Shown here in pieces: positions 52,341-64,000 of a stretch of DNA of 64,000 bases (the first letter of the stretch is position 1; each line of letters begins with the position of its first letter). The position numbers and the translations under genes are program-made. The notes below the pieces were generated by a model. That model had not been told where the DNA came from and did no database searches. It saw only the letters and a program-made list of their open reading frames with translations. Origin of the DNA: Octopus vulgaris (lineage: Eukaryota); contig OX597828.1 of assembly GCA_951406725.2 (NCBI GenBank), positions 15,438,001 to 15,502,000 of the forward strand. The letters are read 5' to 3'.

Positions 52341-52611
52341 AATTATTTTGTTTGACTTTTGCTTTGCATTTGTACAAGTTTGCTCGGAGTCTCACCCATA
52401 GGCCTCAAGAGATAACGAGTTAGAAGTTCAGGCTGGTATTATGCTTAGGGTGTCATATATTTGGTTTTGTACATGGTGTTGTTCTAGAGAATGTTTAAGA
52501 AACCATAAGAAAATTATGTGTTTGTCTTAAAATTTGAGATTACATAGACAGTATTTTACATAGGATATGGGCAGTTCCCATGAGCACTATCTTTTGAATT
52601 TCTGCCATTTT
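52341..52611 (-). mobile_element. 3' end of an R4/Dong-like (RLE-type) LINE
   Basis: The minus strand reads KMAEIQKIVLMGTAHILCKILSM*, resembling the IQKxVLLGTAHILRKVL C-terminus of R4/Dong elements. It points toward the (TAA)n tract at 51618-51810. Confidence 0.7.
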
Positions 52612-55314
52612 AATTTAATAATTTTGAAAAATAGTGTAGTTATTAACCCCTTTGGTACCAACCCAGCTGAAAGCGGCTCTTAACACTAGTTTAATGATAA
52701 CTAAGTTATTTTGCTAAATTCTTTGTTATATTTAAAATTAATTGGAAGAAACACAGAGCATCTCAAAATAAATACTGTAAGGAAAGGGTTAAACACCATT
52801 AGAGAAAATTTCCTTTTGAAATATAACAAGGGAAGCTGCTATACAATTGCTAGAAATAGCAGCCAAATCTTTCTCAAATCATTCCTTATTATCAATACAA
52901 AAGAAAGAAGTGGATAGTGTTGTCCCAGATATATGGAAATATATATAGACGTCATTGATTGGTTGAAATTGCAGAAATTGAAGAAAAAAAACAACAAATA
53001 TCTTACAAACTATAGAATTTTCTCAAGAAAGCCAAGAGAAAAAAATGTTTTATAAATACATTCTACCAGTATACGAAGTTTAAAAGTGTTTAGTTACGTG
53101 GAAATTATTTTAAAAAACTGCCGTTCAAACCGAAAAGATCCCTGCTCTCTTTTGAGTTTCTTGCTTAGATATTGGCTCATCCGGGATCTCGGCGAGCCAT
53201 AGGTCAAGTTCACATTTGGAAACGTCTGCATCCACTCCATGGAGGCTCCTCAGATTCTTCGGTAGACAATTAACTGGTGTGGACCCTTGAAACCCAAGCT
53301 ATGTATATATATTCTTTTGGCATTCTTTCGTTTCTAGTAGACCTTTCCGTCGATTTCCGTAAAAAAAAATTTTTTTTTACATATGGGCTTGCGGGAACTT
53401 TTGAAGTAATGAGAGCGAAAGAGACTAAGAGAAAGCGATTGTATGACGAGGGAAGTTCTTTTGAAGTTACCGTGCATGGGAGCATTGATGTACATGTGTG
53501 TGTGTGTGTGTTTGATGGGGTGTGGGAGACAGACAGTATGTTGTGTAATCGACGGAAAGGTCTACTAGAGACGAAAGATCGCCATTCTTTTAATTACAGT
53601 TAGACTAGGCAGGGTCGTAATGACGACAACGACGACGACAGTGATGGTGGCGAATATGCTGATAGTGATGGCGATGATGTTGATAGTGAGAGCCGCTAAC
53701 TATCTCAACTTTTTTTTTAGACATAAATTATCAATTTTTCCTGCCCGCTCTGAATGGAAAGGAATGGTTTCTACAGAAGGACACCATTTTTTTTTTATTA
53801 TCTCTAAGCATGTAGTTGTGAAGGTAGAGAAGAATCTAATTTATTTTTGTCCGCTCACGTAAATTAGAGAAAGTACCGCCTTAACACACTTTGTAACAAA
53901 AGAAAGAACATTAGATAATTTGATATCTGAAAGAAAGTCTTAGAAATTATGGTAGGAACATCAACTAAGTAGCAGCAATCAAAACGAACCGGTACGATAT
54001 TTAACTAGGAATATTCTTTGTCAGAGAACACGATGTACTACAAACTTTTGATACGAAAAAGATTTTTTTAATTGCTGGTCTGAAAAAAAAAAGGGTCTAT
54101 AGTACAAGGGAGATTATTGTGAAGGAATCCGTTGTCTATTACTTCCCCTTAATTGTTTTCTAACCGTTCATAGTTTTATTAGTCAATGGAACTAAATATT
54201 TAGTGTTCAAAGTCGTAAAAATATACGTGGGAAGATTTGTTTTTAATGTTGCATTTAATGATACTAAGCGGGATTGTGTGTAATGACTCGTTGATAAAGC
54301 AACTTAGGCTTCAGCCGACAATCTCGGATCGAATTGTTCTTGTTATTCAGTCACCGGTCAATTCTGATCCAATTAGCGTTGATTCAACCAGGACTTTAAC
54401 CATCTTATTAAGGTTATCTAGGAATACATTATCCAATGTGTCTGTCGTATTTTTCTCTCTCTTAGAACAATAGAGTGCAATTCGAAGTAGATTGCGGTTT
54501 GGCTGTTCTGATCATAGCCAAACCTCAATCAAGCTAGTCACTCGATGATGTAGAAGCCCTTTCGTTTGGCCCGTCTTGAATTAAATCTCTTGCAAAGCTA
54601 ATAAAGAAGGCCATTAATCCTTTCTCTTTTTCGTTTGTCGTTTCTATTTTCTTTTGCATTATCAATGATAGTCTGTCTGCAACCATCTGATTGTGTGTGT
54701 TTCTTCATTTAGTTTAGTAAACTTTTAAGTTGGTTGGTTGCATATTTTTTTTATTTTAAAAAGGAAGCATTTCAACGCGGTATAAACGGGGATCATAGAG
54801 AGGTAGTGTTTTCTCAATAATGTCGCTGTTTGTTTTTGTTTTACTCTGGGCCAGCTTTTGATCGAAGTAAACCTATAATAACAAAAATACCCTAGCTTTG
54901 ATCATCCAGTCTTTTTGTTCAAATAGTTTCTCTTAATGCCGTCTTAACAGCATTATCGGCCCTCGACCTATAGTATTTGCTTTCTTTTTACTGAAAATTA
55001 GGCACAGGCATGGTTGTATGTGGTAAGAAGTTTGCATCTGAACCACATGGTCCTAGGTTCAGTCCCCCTGCGTTGATACCTTGGCAAGCGTCATTTATTA
55101 TAGCCTCGGACCGACCAAAGCCTTGTGAGTGGATTTGGTAGACGGAAACTGAAAGAGGTTCGTCGCGCTGTGTATCGTCAGTAAATTATAAATCCGAAAA
55201 AGAAGTACACTCTAAGTTATAGAGCCGTAGAGTATATCAATAAAGACAGATATGGGGTTACCCAGGATTTCACGTCCAAAAAGCTTTATAGCGTTTCTTC
55301 ATACCCTAGGCCTT

Positions 55315-55373
55315 GGGTCTGAAGAAACGTTGTAAAGCAAAGCGCTTTATGGACTTGAAACTCAGGGTAACCC
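55315..55373 (+). ncRNA. Type I hammerhead ribozyme motif with intact core, in a palindromic Penelope-like repeat
   Basis: Helix I GGGU/ACCC, core CUGAAGA (55319-55325), helix II UGUAAAGC/GCUUUAUG, GAAA (55357-55360), helix III ACU/GGU, and a GUA cleavage triplet (55367-55369). Confidence 0.65.
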
Positions 55374-55397
55374 CATAGACCGGCCATATCTGCCTTT

Positions 55398-55745
<348 letters not shown>

Positions 55746-56426
55746 GTGTTTGTCCACTACCACTGCTTGACAACTGGTGTTGGTTTATTTACGTCCTCGC
55801 AAATTAGCAGTTCAGCGAAAGAAGCCAACAGAATAAGTACCAAGCTTTTTAAAAAATTAGGTACTGGGTTCGGTTCATTCGACTAAAAACACTTCAAAGG
55901 TGTGTGTGTGTGTGGGGTGGTGGTGGCGGGGGGGTGCCCCACCAAGGCCGCAGTTTAAGAACTGAAACAAGTAAAAAATTAAAAATATAAATACACCACA
56001 GCGTATATCGATCAGAATTGGGTTCTAGACCCGTGAGGTTCCCGAGCAAGTGCTTGGTGTGTTTATACCTTAAGACGGCACAAATCTATGTTGGACTATA
56101 ATAATATTCTCGTGTACTTTTCACCATTTTGTTTTACCTTTTAAAGATAAGAGGGGCGGTGGTTCTCTATCTTATTTATTTATTTGTTTATTTACTTCGT
56201 GGTGCGCTGGGGGATTAAATAAACAATCGCTGACGCTTTGGAGATTAAATATGCAATTATAGGCGCTCTGGAGATTAAGGAAGAAGAAGAAGGAAAAGGA
56301 GAAGAAGAAAGAGGAGGAAGAGGAGAAGGGGTGGGAGGGAGAAAAAATTTAGTGGCGCACTTTTCATGGAAAGTTTATCAAAACTGTTTTTAAACTGAGA
56401 AAAAAAAAATAAAGAATATGTATTTA

Positions 56427-56650
56427 TTCGGTTGTCCGGAAAGTTCGTGCCGATTTTTAAAGGAAAGAAACAGGTCAATAAATACTTCTTGACATTACAT
56501 TTTTAATCAACCAAATATGAACCATTTTGTTGCACAATGCGTCTCCATCTTTCCTTTAACTTGTAAATACCCTCTTCCCAGAATCGAGGCGCCTGGGAGG
56601 GTAAGTCGAAAGGTAAGCTACTATAAATCGGCACGAACTTTCCGGACAAC

Positions 56651-56654
<4 letters not shown>
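56427..56654 (-). mobile_element. Mariner-derived MITE of the same family as the 27.7 kb element
   Basis: TA-flanked TIRs ttcggttgtccggaaagttcgtgccgattt / aaatcggcacgaactttccggacaacccaa. It retains the transposase C-terminus WEEGIYKLKERWRRIVQQNGSYLVD*. Confidence 0.9.
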
Positions 56655-56688
<34 letters not shown>

Positions 56689-56718
56689 CTGTAAGTTTGG
56701 ATTTACTCCCTAATATTT

Positions 56719-56756
<38 letters not shown>

Positions 56757-56785
56757 TGTAAGTTTGGATTTACTCCCTAATATTT

Positions 56786-56824
<39 letters not shown>

Positions 56825-56830
56825 GATACA

Positions 56831-56985
56831 CAGGGGCGAACTGAGCCGTCAGTCAATCGGACACTGCCCGAGGGCCCGGAGCTCTGAGAGACCCGCACTC
56901 TACATGTTAACTCTACTGATATCAATGCTAAGGGCCCGGTGAACTGTTATGCCCGAGGGCCTTTAATACTCTCAGCCCTCCCACA
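56831..56985. mobile_element. Probable hAT-like MITE
   Basis: Starts caggggcgaactgag, carries subterminal gcccgagggcc repeats, and has a degenerate right end ctcagccctcc. Confidence 0.45.
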
Positions 56986-57272
56986 CACATTCTCTCTCTC
57001 TCTCTCTCAATTTGTCTCTCTCTTACACACACGCATATTAATGTTTGTTTATTTACTCTTTTACTTGTTTCACTCATTTGACTGTGGCCATACTGGAGCA
57101 CCACTTTTAGTCGACCAAATCGACCCCAGGACTTATTCTTTGTAAGCCTAGTACTTATTGTATCGGTCTCTTTTGCCGAACCGCTAAGTTACGTAAACAC
57201 ACCAGCATCGGTTGTCAAGCGATGTTGGGGGTGGGGGTGGGGGAACACAGACACACAAGCGTATACACACAC

Positions 57273-57335
<63 letters not shown>

Positions 57336-57724
57336 ACAGGCTTCTTTCATTTTCCGTCTACCAAATCCACTGACAAAGCTTTGGTCGGCCCGAGGCTTAT
57401 AGTAGAAGGCACTTGCCCAAGGTACCACGCAGTGGGACTGAACCCGGAACCATGTGGTTCATTAGTAAGCTACCTACCACACAGCCACTCCTATATATCA
57501 AGTTATGTACATAACCGATTTAACATTCAACTGAAAGATTACTCAAGACATTTTTGTTGAGTACAAGTTTATTAATTTTTTTTTTTTTTTTTACCAGAAA
57601 AAGGCTGTTAGTGAGTTCGAAGTTTCGACTTGCTCACCGTCGTTAGATGTCTGATGACATCCAGCAATCCGAAACTTCGAAATCATTGTCAGCTATTTTT
57701 TTTTATTTTCAAAATTAGCGTACG

Positions 57725-58250
57725 TACACACACACACACACACGCGCGCGCGCATGCACAAGCAAACACACACAGATGCATGCATACGCAAGCGCACACA
57801 CGCATGCACACACATACACACACACGCATGCACACACACACGCATGCACACACACACACACACACACACTCTCACGCACACACACGCATGCACACACACA
57901 CGCATGCACACACACACACACTCTCATACACACGCATGCACACGCAATCACACACATGCATGCACGCGCACACACATACACACACAAGCAAACACACACA
58001 CACGCAGATGCATGCATACGTAAGCACACACACACACGCATGCACACGCACACACACACACACTCTCACACACACACACACGCATGCACATACACACTCT
58101 CACACACACACGCATGCTCACGCACACACACACGCATGCATGCACACGCACACACACATACACACGCATGCACGCACACGCAAACACACTCACACGCACA
58201 CACACACACGCATACACACAAACTCTCACACACACGAACACACTCATACG
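57725..58250. repeat. (CA)n / cacgcatgcaca compound microsatellite
   Basis: Direct reading. It is the source of the HT/CV-rich ORFs. Confidence 0.95.
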
Positions 58251-58495
58251 TATAAGCTATTGCTTGCTTTGTTCTATTACTCATTCTTGTGCCTGGAGAA
58301 AATGAGTAACACGTTTTTCAAGATGCTCAGACATACCAGGAGTGGTTGTGTGGTAAGTAGCTTGCTTTCCAACCACATGGTTCCGGGTTCAGTCTCTCAG
58401 CATGGCACCTTGGGCAAATGTCTTCTACTATAGCCTCGGGCCGACCAAAGCCTTGTGAGTGGATTTGGTAGACAGAAACTGAAAGAAGCCCGTCG

Positions 58496-58577
<82 letters not shown>

Positions 58578-58760
58578 TGTGTGCCTTTGTTTGTCCCCAC
58601 CATCATTGCTTGACAACCGATATAAGTATGTTAATGTCCCCGTAACTTAGCGGTTCAGCAAAACTGACCGATAGAGTAAGCCTTGGGATCGATTTCTTCG
58701 ACTAAACCCCTTAAGGCGGTGCTCTAGCATGACTACAGTCAAATGACCGAAAGAATAAAA

Positions 58761-58814
<54 letters not shown>

Positions 58815-59019
58815 CATCTTTTATTTGTTTCAGTCATTTCGTTGCGTCCATTCTGGGGCACTATGAAGGGTCTTTATTTTTTAAAGCCTAGTACTTATTC
58901 TATCGGTTCTTTTTTGCCGAACCGCTAAGTTATGGGGATCTACTCACACCAACGTCGGTTGTCAAGCGGTGGTGGGTGACAAATACAGAGCCAAAGACAT
59001 ACACACATAGATATATACG

Positions 59020-59081
<62 letters not shown>

Positions 59082-59234
59082 CAACGTTAGGGAATGGACA
59101 CGGGGGAAAACTTACACCCTTCTACGTCAATAAACTACTATTGTTCCTGAAAGTTATTTTTTTATATCTTCTACGGACTGCTCGAAGCTTATCTTCCTAT
59201 ATCTTGATCCTTGGATTTTACCCTTACTTATTAC

Positions 59235-59284
<50 letters not shown>

Positions 59285-59923
59285 ACGTGCTTCTTTCAGT
59301 TTTCGTCTACCAAAAACAATCATAAGGCATCGGCTCGAGGCTATTGTAGGAGACACTTGACCAAGGTGTCAGGCATATAAGATGTATTGTTTGACGCTCA
59401 GGAAGAACGGAAGAGTTTTTGACATTTCGAGTCTAAGCTCCTTATCAGAGAACACACAAGCATGCTCACTTTCCAGACATTTCTACATTACTGCATGTAC
59501 TTTATATGCACTTTCTGACAAGTTGTGGTGCACCTGAGCACTGTATACAATAATTTCATTATTATTATTATAAGAGAACTATGGAGAGAGGTGGGAAAAA
59601 CCTTAAAAAAAAAAAAAAATGGAGCAGACAAAAAATTTTTTTAGAGAGTTAAACAGGGAAACAGTAAAAATATAAATAAACATTTATAAATAAGATGGAA
59701 AGTAAAAAGAAAAGGGAACAGAAGTTGGTTGAAAATTAAGAAAATGATATAGAAACAAAAACAAAAGAAAAATTAAAAAAAAAGAAAGGAATCGGTAAAT
59801 GAAAAAGAAAAACAGGCATACATACGTTAATATAGATTTTCTAACGCCTTCCAAACCACATGGTTCTGGGTTCAGTCACACTTCGTGACACCGTGGGTAA
59901 GTATTTTCTACTATAGCCTCGAG

Positions 59924-60000
<77 letters not shown>

Positions 60001-60275
60001 TAGCATAAGGAATAGAGTGACTCAAGTTTCGAGAGTTTCTGAGGTCGACTGTGCCTTTCATCTTTTCGGGGTCGATAAGTTAAGTACCAGTAGCGTACTG
60101 GGGTTGATTTAATCGACTGGAACCCTTCCCGCCAAAATTCTGGGCCTTGTGCTTAGAGTAGAAAAGAATATTTTATTTAGTCATTTATTTATTTATTTAT
60201 TCATTTATTTATTTGAAGGCAGGGAGGTGTGGCATACACACACATGCACACACATGTATATGTGTGTATATATAT

Positions 60276-60308
<33 letters not shown>

Positions 60309-60311
60309 TTA

Positions 60312-60375
<64 letters not shown>

Positions 60376-60964
60376 ATCCAAACAAGAAAACACAAAAAAC
60401 ACACAAAAAACACACCAACGCGAGGACGTGGAACAAATAAAGTATTATTGGACGTGTTTGTGTGTGCGCGCGCATGTATACACATATACATACATACATA
60501 AACGCACACACACACACATATTTACAAGGAAAAGTTATATCAAAGATTCGTTTCGTTCGCCTTCATTTGAGTGCAATTTATTCCGTTTTTTTCCGGTTAT
60601 TTATAGTCTTTCGTAAATCGTTTTTTTTTGTTGTGTAGGTGTAGGAGGAATGTAAATGATAATAAGAGATGGTTTAAGTATGGAGGGGAAGTTATTTAGA
60701 CAGACGTTAACAGAGGAGGATGGGCAAAACAGTAGGTTATAGTGAAGATATTTATTTCGGTTTGATATATAAATTTTGTGAGTCATTAAAGTTCAAACAC
60801 ATAATTCCACAACGTCTTAAAGATTTTATAAAACCAAAAACAACCAAAGTAAATCAAAGTCTGATGAAGGCGATAAAGATGAAACTTATGAGTCAGAGCC
60901 CACGTTTTTCTTGTAAAAGCTAATAATTACATATTCTGCTTAAGAGTATTGAGTAATTCCTTAG

Positions 60965-61032
<68 letters not shown>

Positions 61033-61260
61033 TCATATAATAATCCTAATATATATATATAGTAATACTAAGTAATTAAGGGTTTAGCAACGATTTGCCT
61101 CACCACACACCGAATTTATATATATATGTATACATTTATATATATATATGTATAAATTTATATAATATATATTTATATATATATATATATATATATAAAT
61201 ATATAAATTTATATCTATCTATACATATATAAATTTATATAATATATATATATATAAATT

Positions 61261-61355
<95 letters not shown>

Positions 61356-61456
61356 TCAAAAAACGGAGAACAAAAGACAAGAGAAAAAAAACGACTCGAG
61401 GACGTGGTACATGCAAAGTATTAATATGAAGTTCAGAGAAGAAAAGAAAGAGTGCT

Positions 61457-61493
61457 TGTTTTACATTTCGAGCAAAACTCTTCTTCGGAAACA
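61457..61493 (-). ncRNA. Minimal hammerhead-like motif in a Penelope-like pseudo-LTR fragment (61352-61545)
   Basis: UGUUU-CCGAAGA-A-GAGU-UUU-GCUC-GAAA-UG-UA-AAACA. The same family occurs at 19673-19707(-), 48591-48625(+) and 59415-59453(-). Confidence 0.55.
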
Positions 61494-61745
61494 GCAAACA
61501 TAGGAAGGTCCAAAAGTAAATGTAGAAGGAGGAAAAAATCACCACACACACACACACACACATTTACACACACACACAGTATAAATTGATATAAAAACAA
61601 ATATTAGACGCAAGGGTGGCTTTGTTACAAGAAACTTGCTTCCAAACAACGCGATTCCGGGTTCAGTCTCATTGTGTAGCACCTTGGGCCGACCAAAGAT
61701 TTATGAGGGGATTTGTTAGAAATTGAAGGAAGCCTGTCGTATGTA

Positions 61746-61804
<59 letters not shown>

Positions 61805-62221
61805 CTGTATGTGTATATATAGGCATAGGAGTTTGCTTCCCAACCACATGGTTCAGGGTTCAATCCCAGTGCGTGGTACCTTGGGCAAGTGTCTTCTACT
61901 ATAGCCTCTGGCCGACAAAAGCCTTGTTGGTGGATTTGGTTGACGGAAACTGAAAGAAGCCCGTTGTACATATATCTCTATGTATGTGTGTGTTTGTGTT
62001 TGACCACCATCGCTTGACAAGCGATATTGATGTGTTTACGTCCCCGTAACTTAGTGGGTCAGCAAAAGAGACCGATAGAATGAGTACTAGGCTTAAACAG
62101 AATAAGTCCTGGGGTCGATTTCTCCGACTAAAGGGCGGTGTTCCTGTATGGCCGCAGTCAAATGACTGAAACAAGTAAAAGAATAAAAGAATATATGTAT
62201 TTGTGTGTATATATATATGTC

Positions 62222-62286
<65 letters not shown>

Positions 62287-62659
62287 TCACATGTGTGTGT
62301 TTGTGTATCTGTGTTTGTCTCACCCATCACCACTTGATAGCCGGTGTTGGTGTGTTTACTTCCCCGTTATCTGGCTGTTCGGCTGGAGAGACCGATAGAA
62401 TAAGTGCTAGGCATAAAAAAAATAATAAGTACCGGCGGTAGATTCATTCGACTCAAAATTAGAGGCAGTGCTCCAGTATGGCCACAGTCTAATGACTGTG
62501 ACTGAAAGAAGTAAAAGATAAAAAAGCACGGAATTCTGTTCGTGAAAACCGACGAAAATATTTTGACAAATTAAAATGAAATGTTGCAGTCAAAACCCTG
62601 ACCCTAAAACCACCTTAAATATACATATATATATATATACGTATATATATATATATACA

Positions 62660-62696
<37 letters not shown>

Positions 62697-62962
62697 CACG
62701 TGACCGACCAGACCATCAGATGGTCACAATGCTTTCACAATGTTTTAGCCTTCGAATGACGCCACCCCGCTGGATAAGCGAGCAGGCCAACAGAAGAAAG
62801 AGTGAGAGAAAGAGTACAGCAGGGATCACCACCCCCTGCCGGAGCCTCATGGAGCTTTTAGGTGTTTTCATTCAATAAACACACACAACGCCCGGTCTGG
62901 GAATCGAAACCGCGATCCTACAACCGCCAGTTCGCTGCCCCAACCACTGGGCCATTGCGCCT

Positions 62963-63012
<50 letters not shown>

Positions 63013-63038
63013 GCACACACACACATACGCACACACAT

Positions 63039-63099
<61 letters not shown>

Positions 63100-63282
63100 T
63101 GTATGTATATTGTAAACATCCGAGATGACTCGGAATGATTCTCATTTGGAATTGGTTCTCGAAGTACACAGCATGGAGAAATTGAGCTGAAAAAACCCTT
63201 TGCATGTATGTATGTATGTATATGTATGTATATACACATACAGGCACGCACACACACACGCACGCACACACACACACACATA

Positions 63283-63470
63283 GATGAACCAACTCCACGG
63301 CAGGAGGTGCAGATGAGGGCAGCTGCATCGAACTCTCTCATGCACCAAATGGCAGTTGCTAAAAAAGCATGGTGAAGTAAAATCATATAGCAACACCAAA
63401 TGGCGGCGCCCCAGCATGGCCACAGCTCGTGAGCTGAAACTAGATAAAATGAAAAAAAAAAGAAAAAGAA
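63283..63470 (+). mobile_element. 3' end of a CR1-like LINE
   Basis: DEPTPRQEVQMRAAASNSLMHQM...W* resembles CR1 C-termini. The 3'UTR ends ggcggcgccccagcatggccacag...ctgaaac followed by an A-rich tail. Confidence 0.6.
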
Positions 63471-63512
63471 AAAATATATACACATACACACACTATCACC
63501 ACACCGACGTCG

Positions 63513-63589
<77 letters not shown>

Positions 63590-63590
63590 A

Positions 63591-63641
<51 letters not shown>

Positions 63642-64000
63642 TTGCTTATTTGCAAAAAAAAAAAAAAATAAAATAAAATGTGACTTCATTGACCGAGGTT
63701 ACCGTGGTCTTTTCCGTAGGCTTTTCTTTCCACGGGTAAACCTCACCTGTCCTCCCCTTTACACTTCATATTGACATTTCTGTGATAACGATCCCTATTG
63801 ATCAATTTTTTTCCTCTCCCCCTTTTTTTAACTCCCCCTTTTTTGTCCTCTTTCTCTCCTTTTACGATCCCTTTTGATCGAAACTCCCCCTTTCCATTTT
63901 TTTTTTAAACCTTCAAAAGAAAAGCTCTACCTTGTAATTTGTTCTATCTGTGTGCAGCCCTGTGTGCTAATAAAGAAACATATCTATCTATCTATCTATC

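Overview
Eukaryotic, AT-rich, repeat-saturated DNA whose tRNA-derived SINEs, RTE LINEs and (TA)n/(CA)n tracts look like an Octopus (coleoid cephalopod) genome; the taxon is inferred from repeat content. The only host coding sequence I can support is the first coding exon of a TMEM110/STIMATE orthologue on the minus strand (39453-39783), inside a CpG-rich island at about 35-41.5 kb. No further exons were found by eye, so 1-39452 is probably intron. A weak candidate terminal exon of a divergent gene lies at about 48.8 kb. Most ORFs in the track are microsatellite or SINE artefacts. Real TE coding remnants are mariner DD34D, maT DD37D, RTE (one with a PHD-like Cys/His insert), R4/Dong-like and CR1-like. 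The most notable structure is about ten type-I hammerhead-ribozyme-like motifs from several short Penelope-like pseudo-LTR families, most lying in or next to microsatellites. These include a palindromic back-to-back double hammerhead at 55.25-55.38 kb whose plus-strand copy has an intact core. Coordinates were read by eye and may be off by a few bases.
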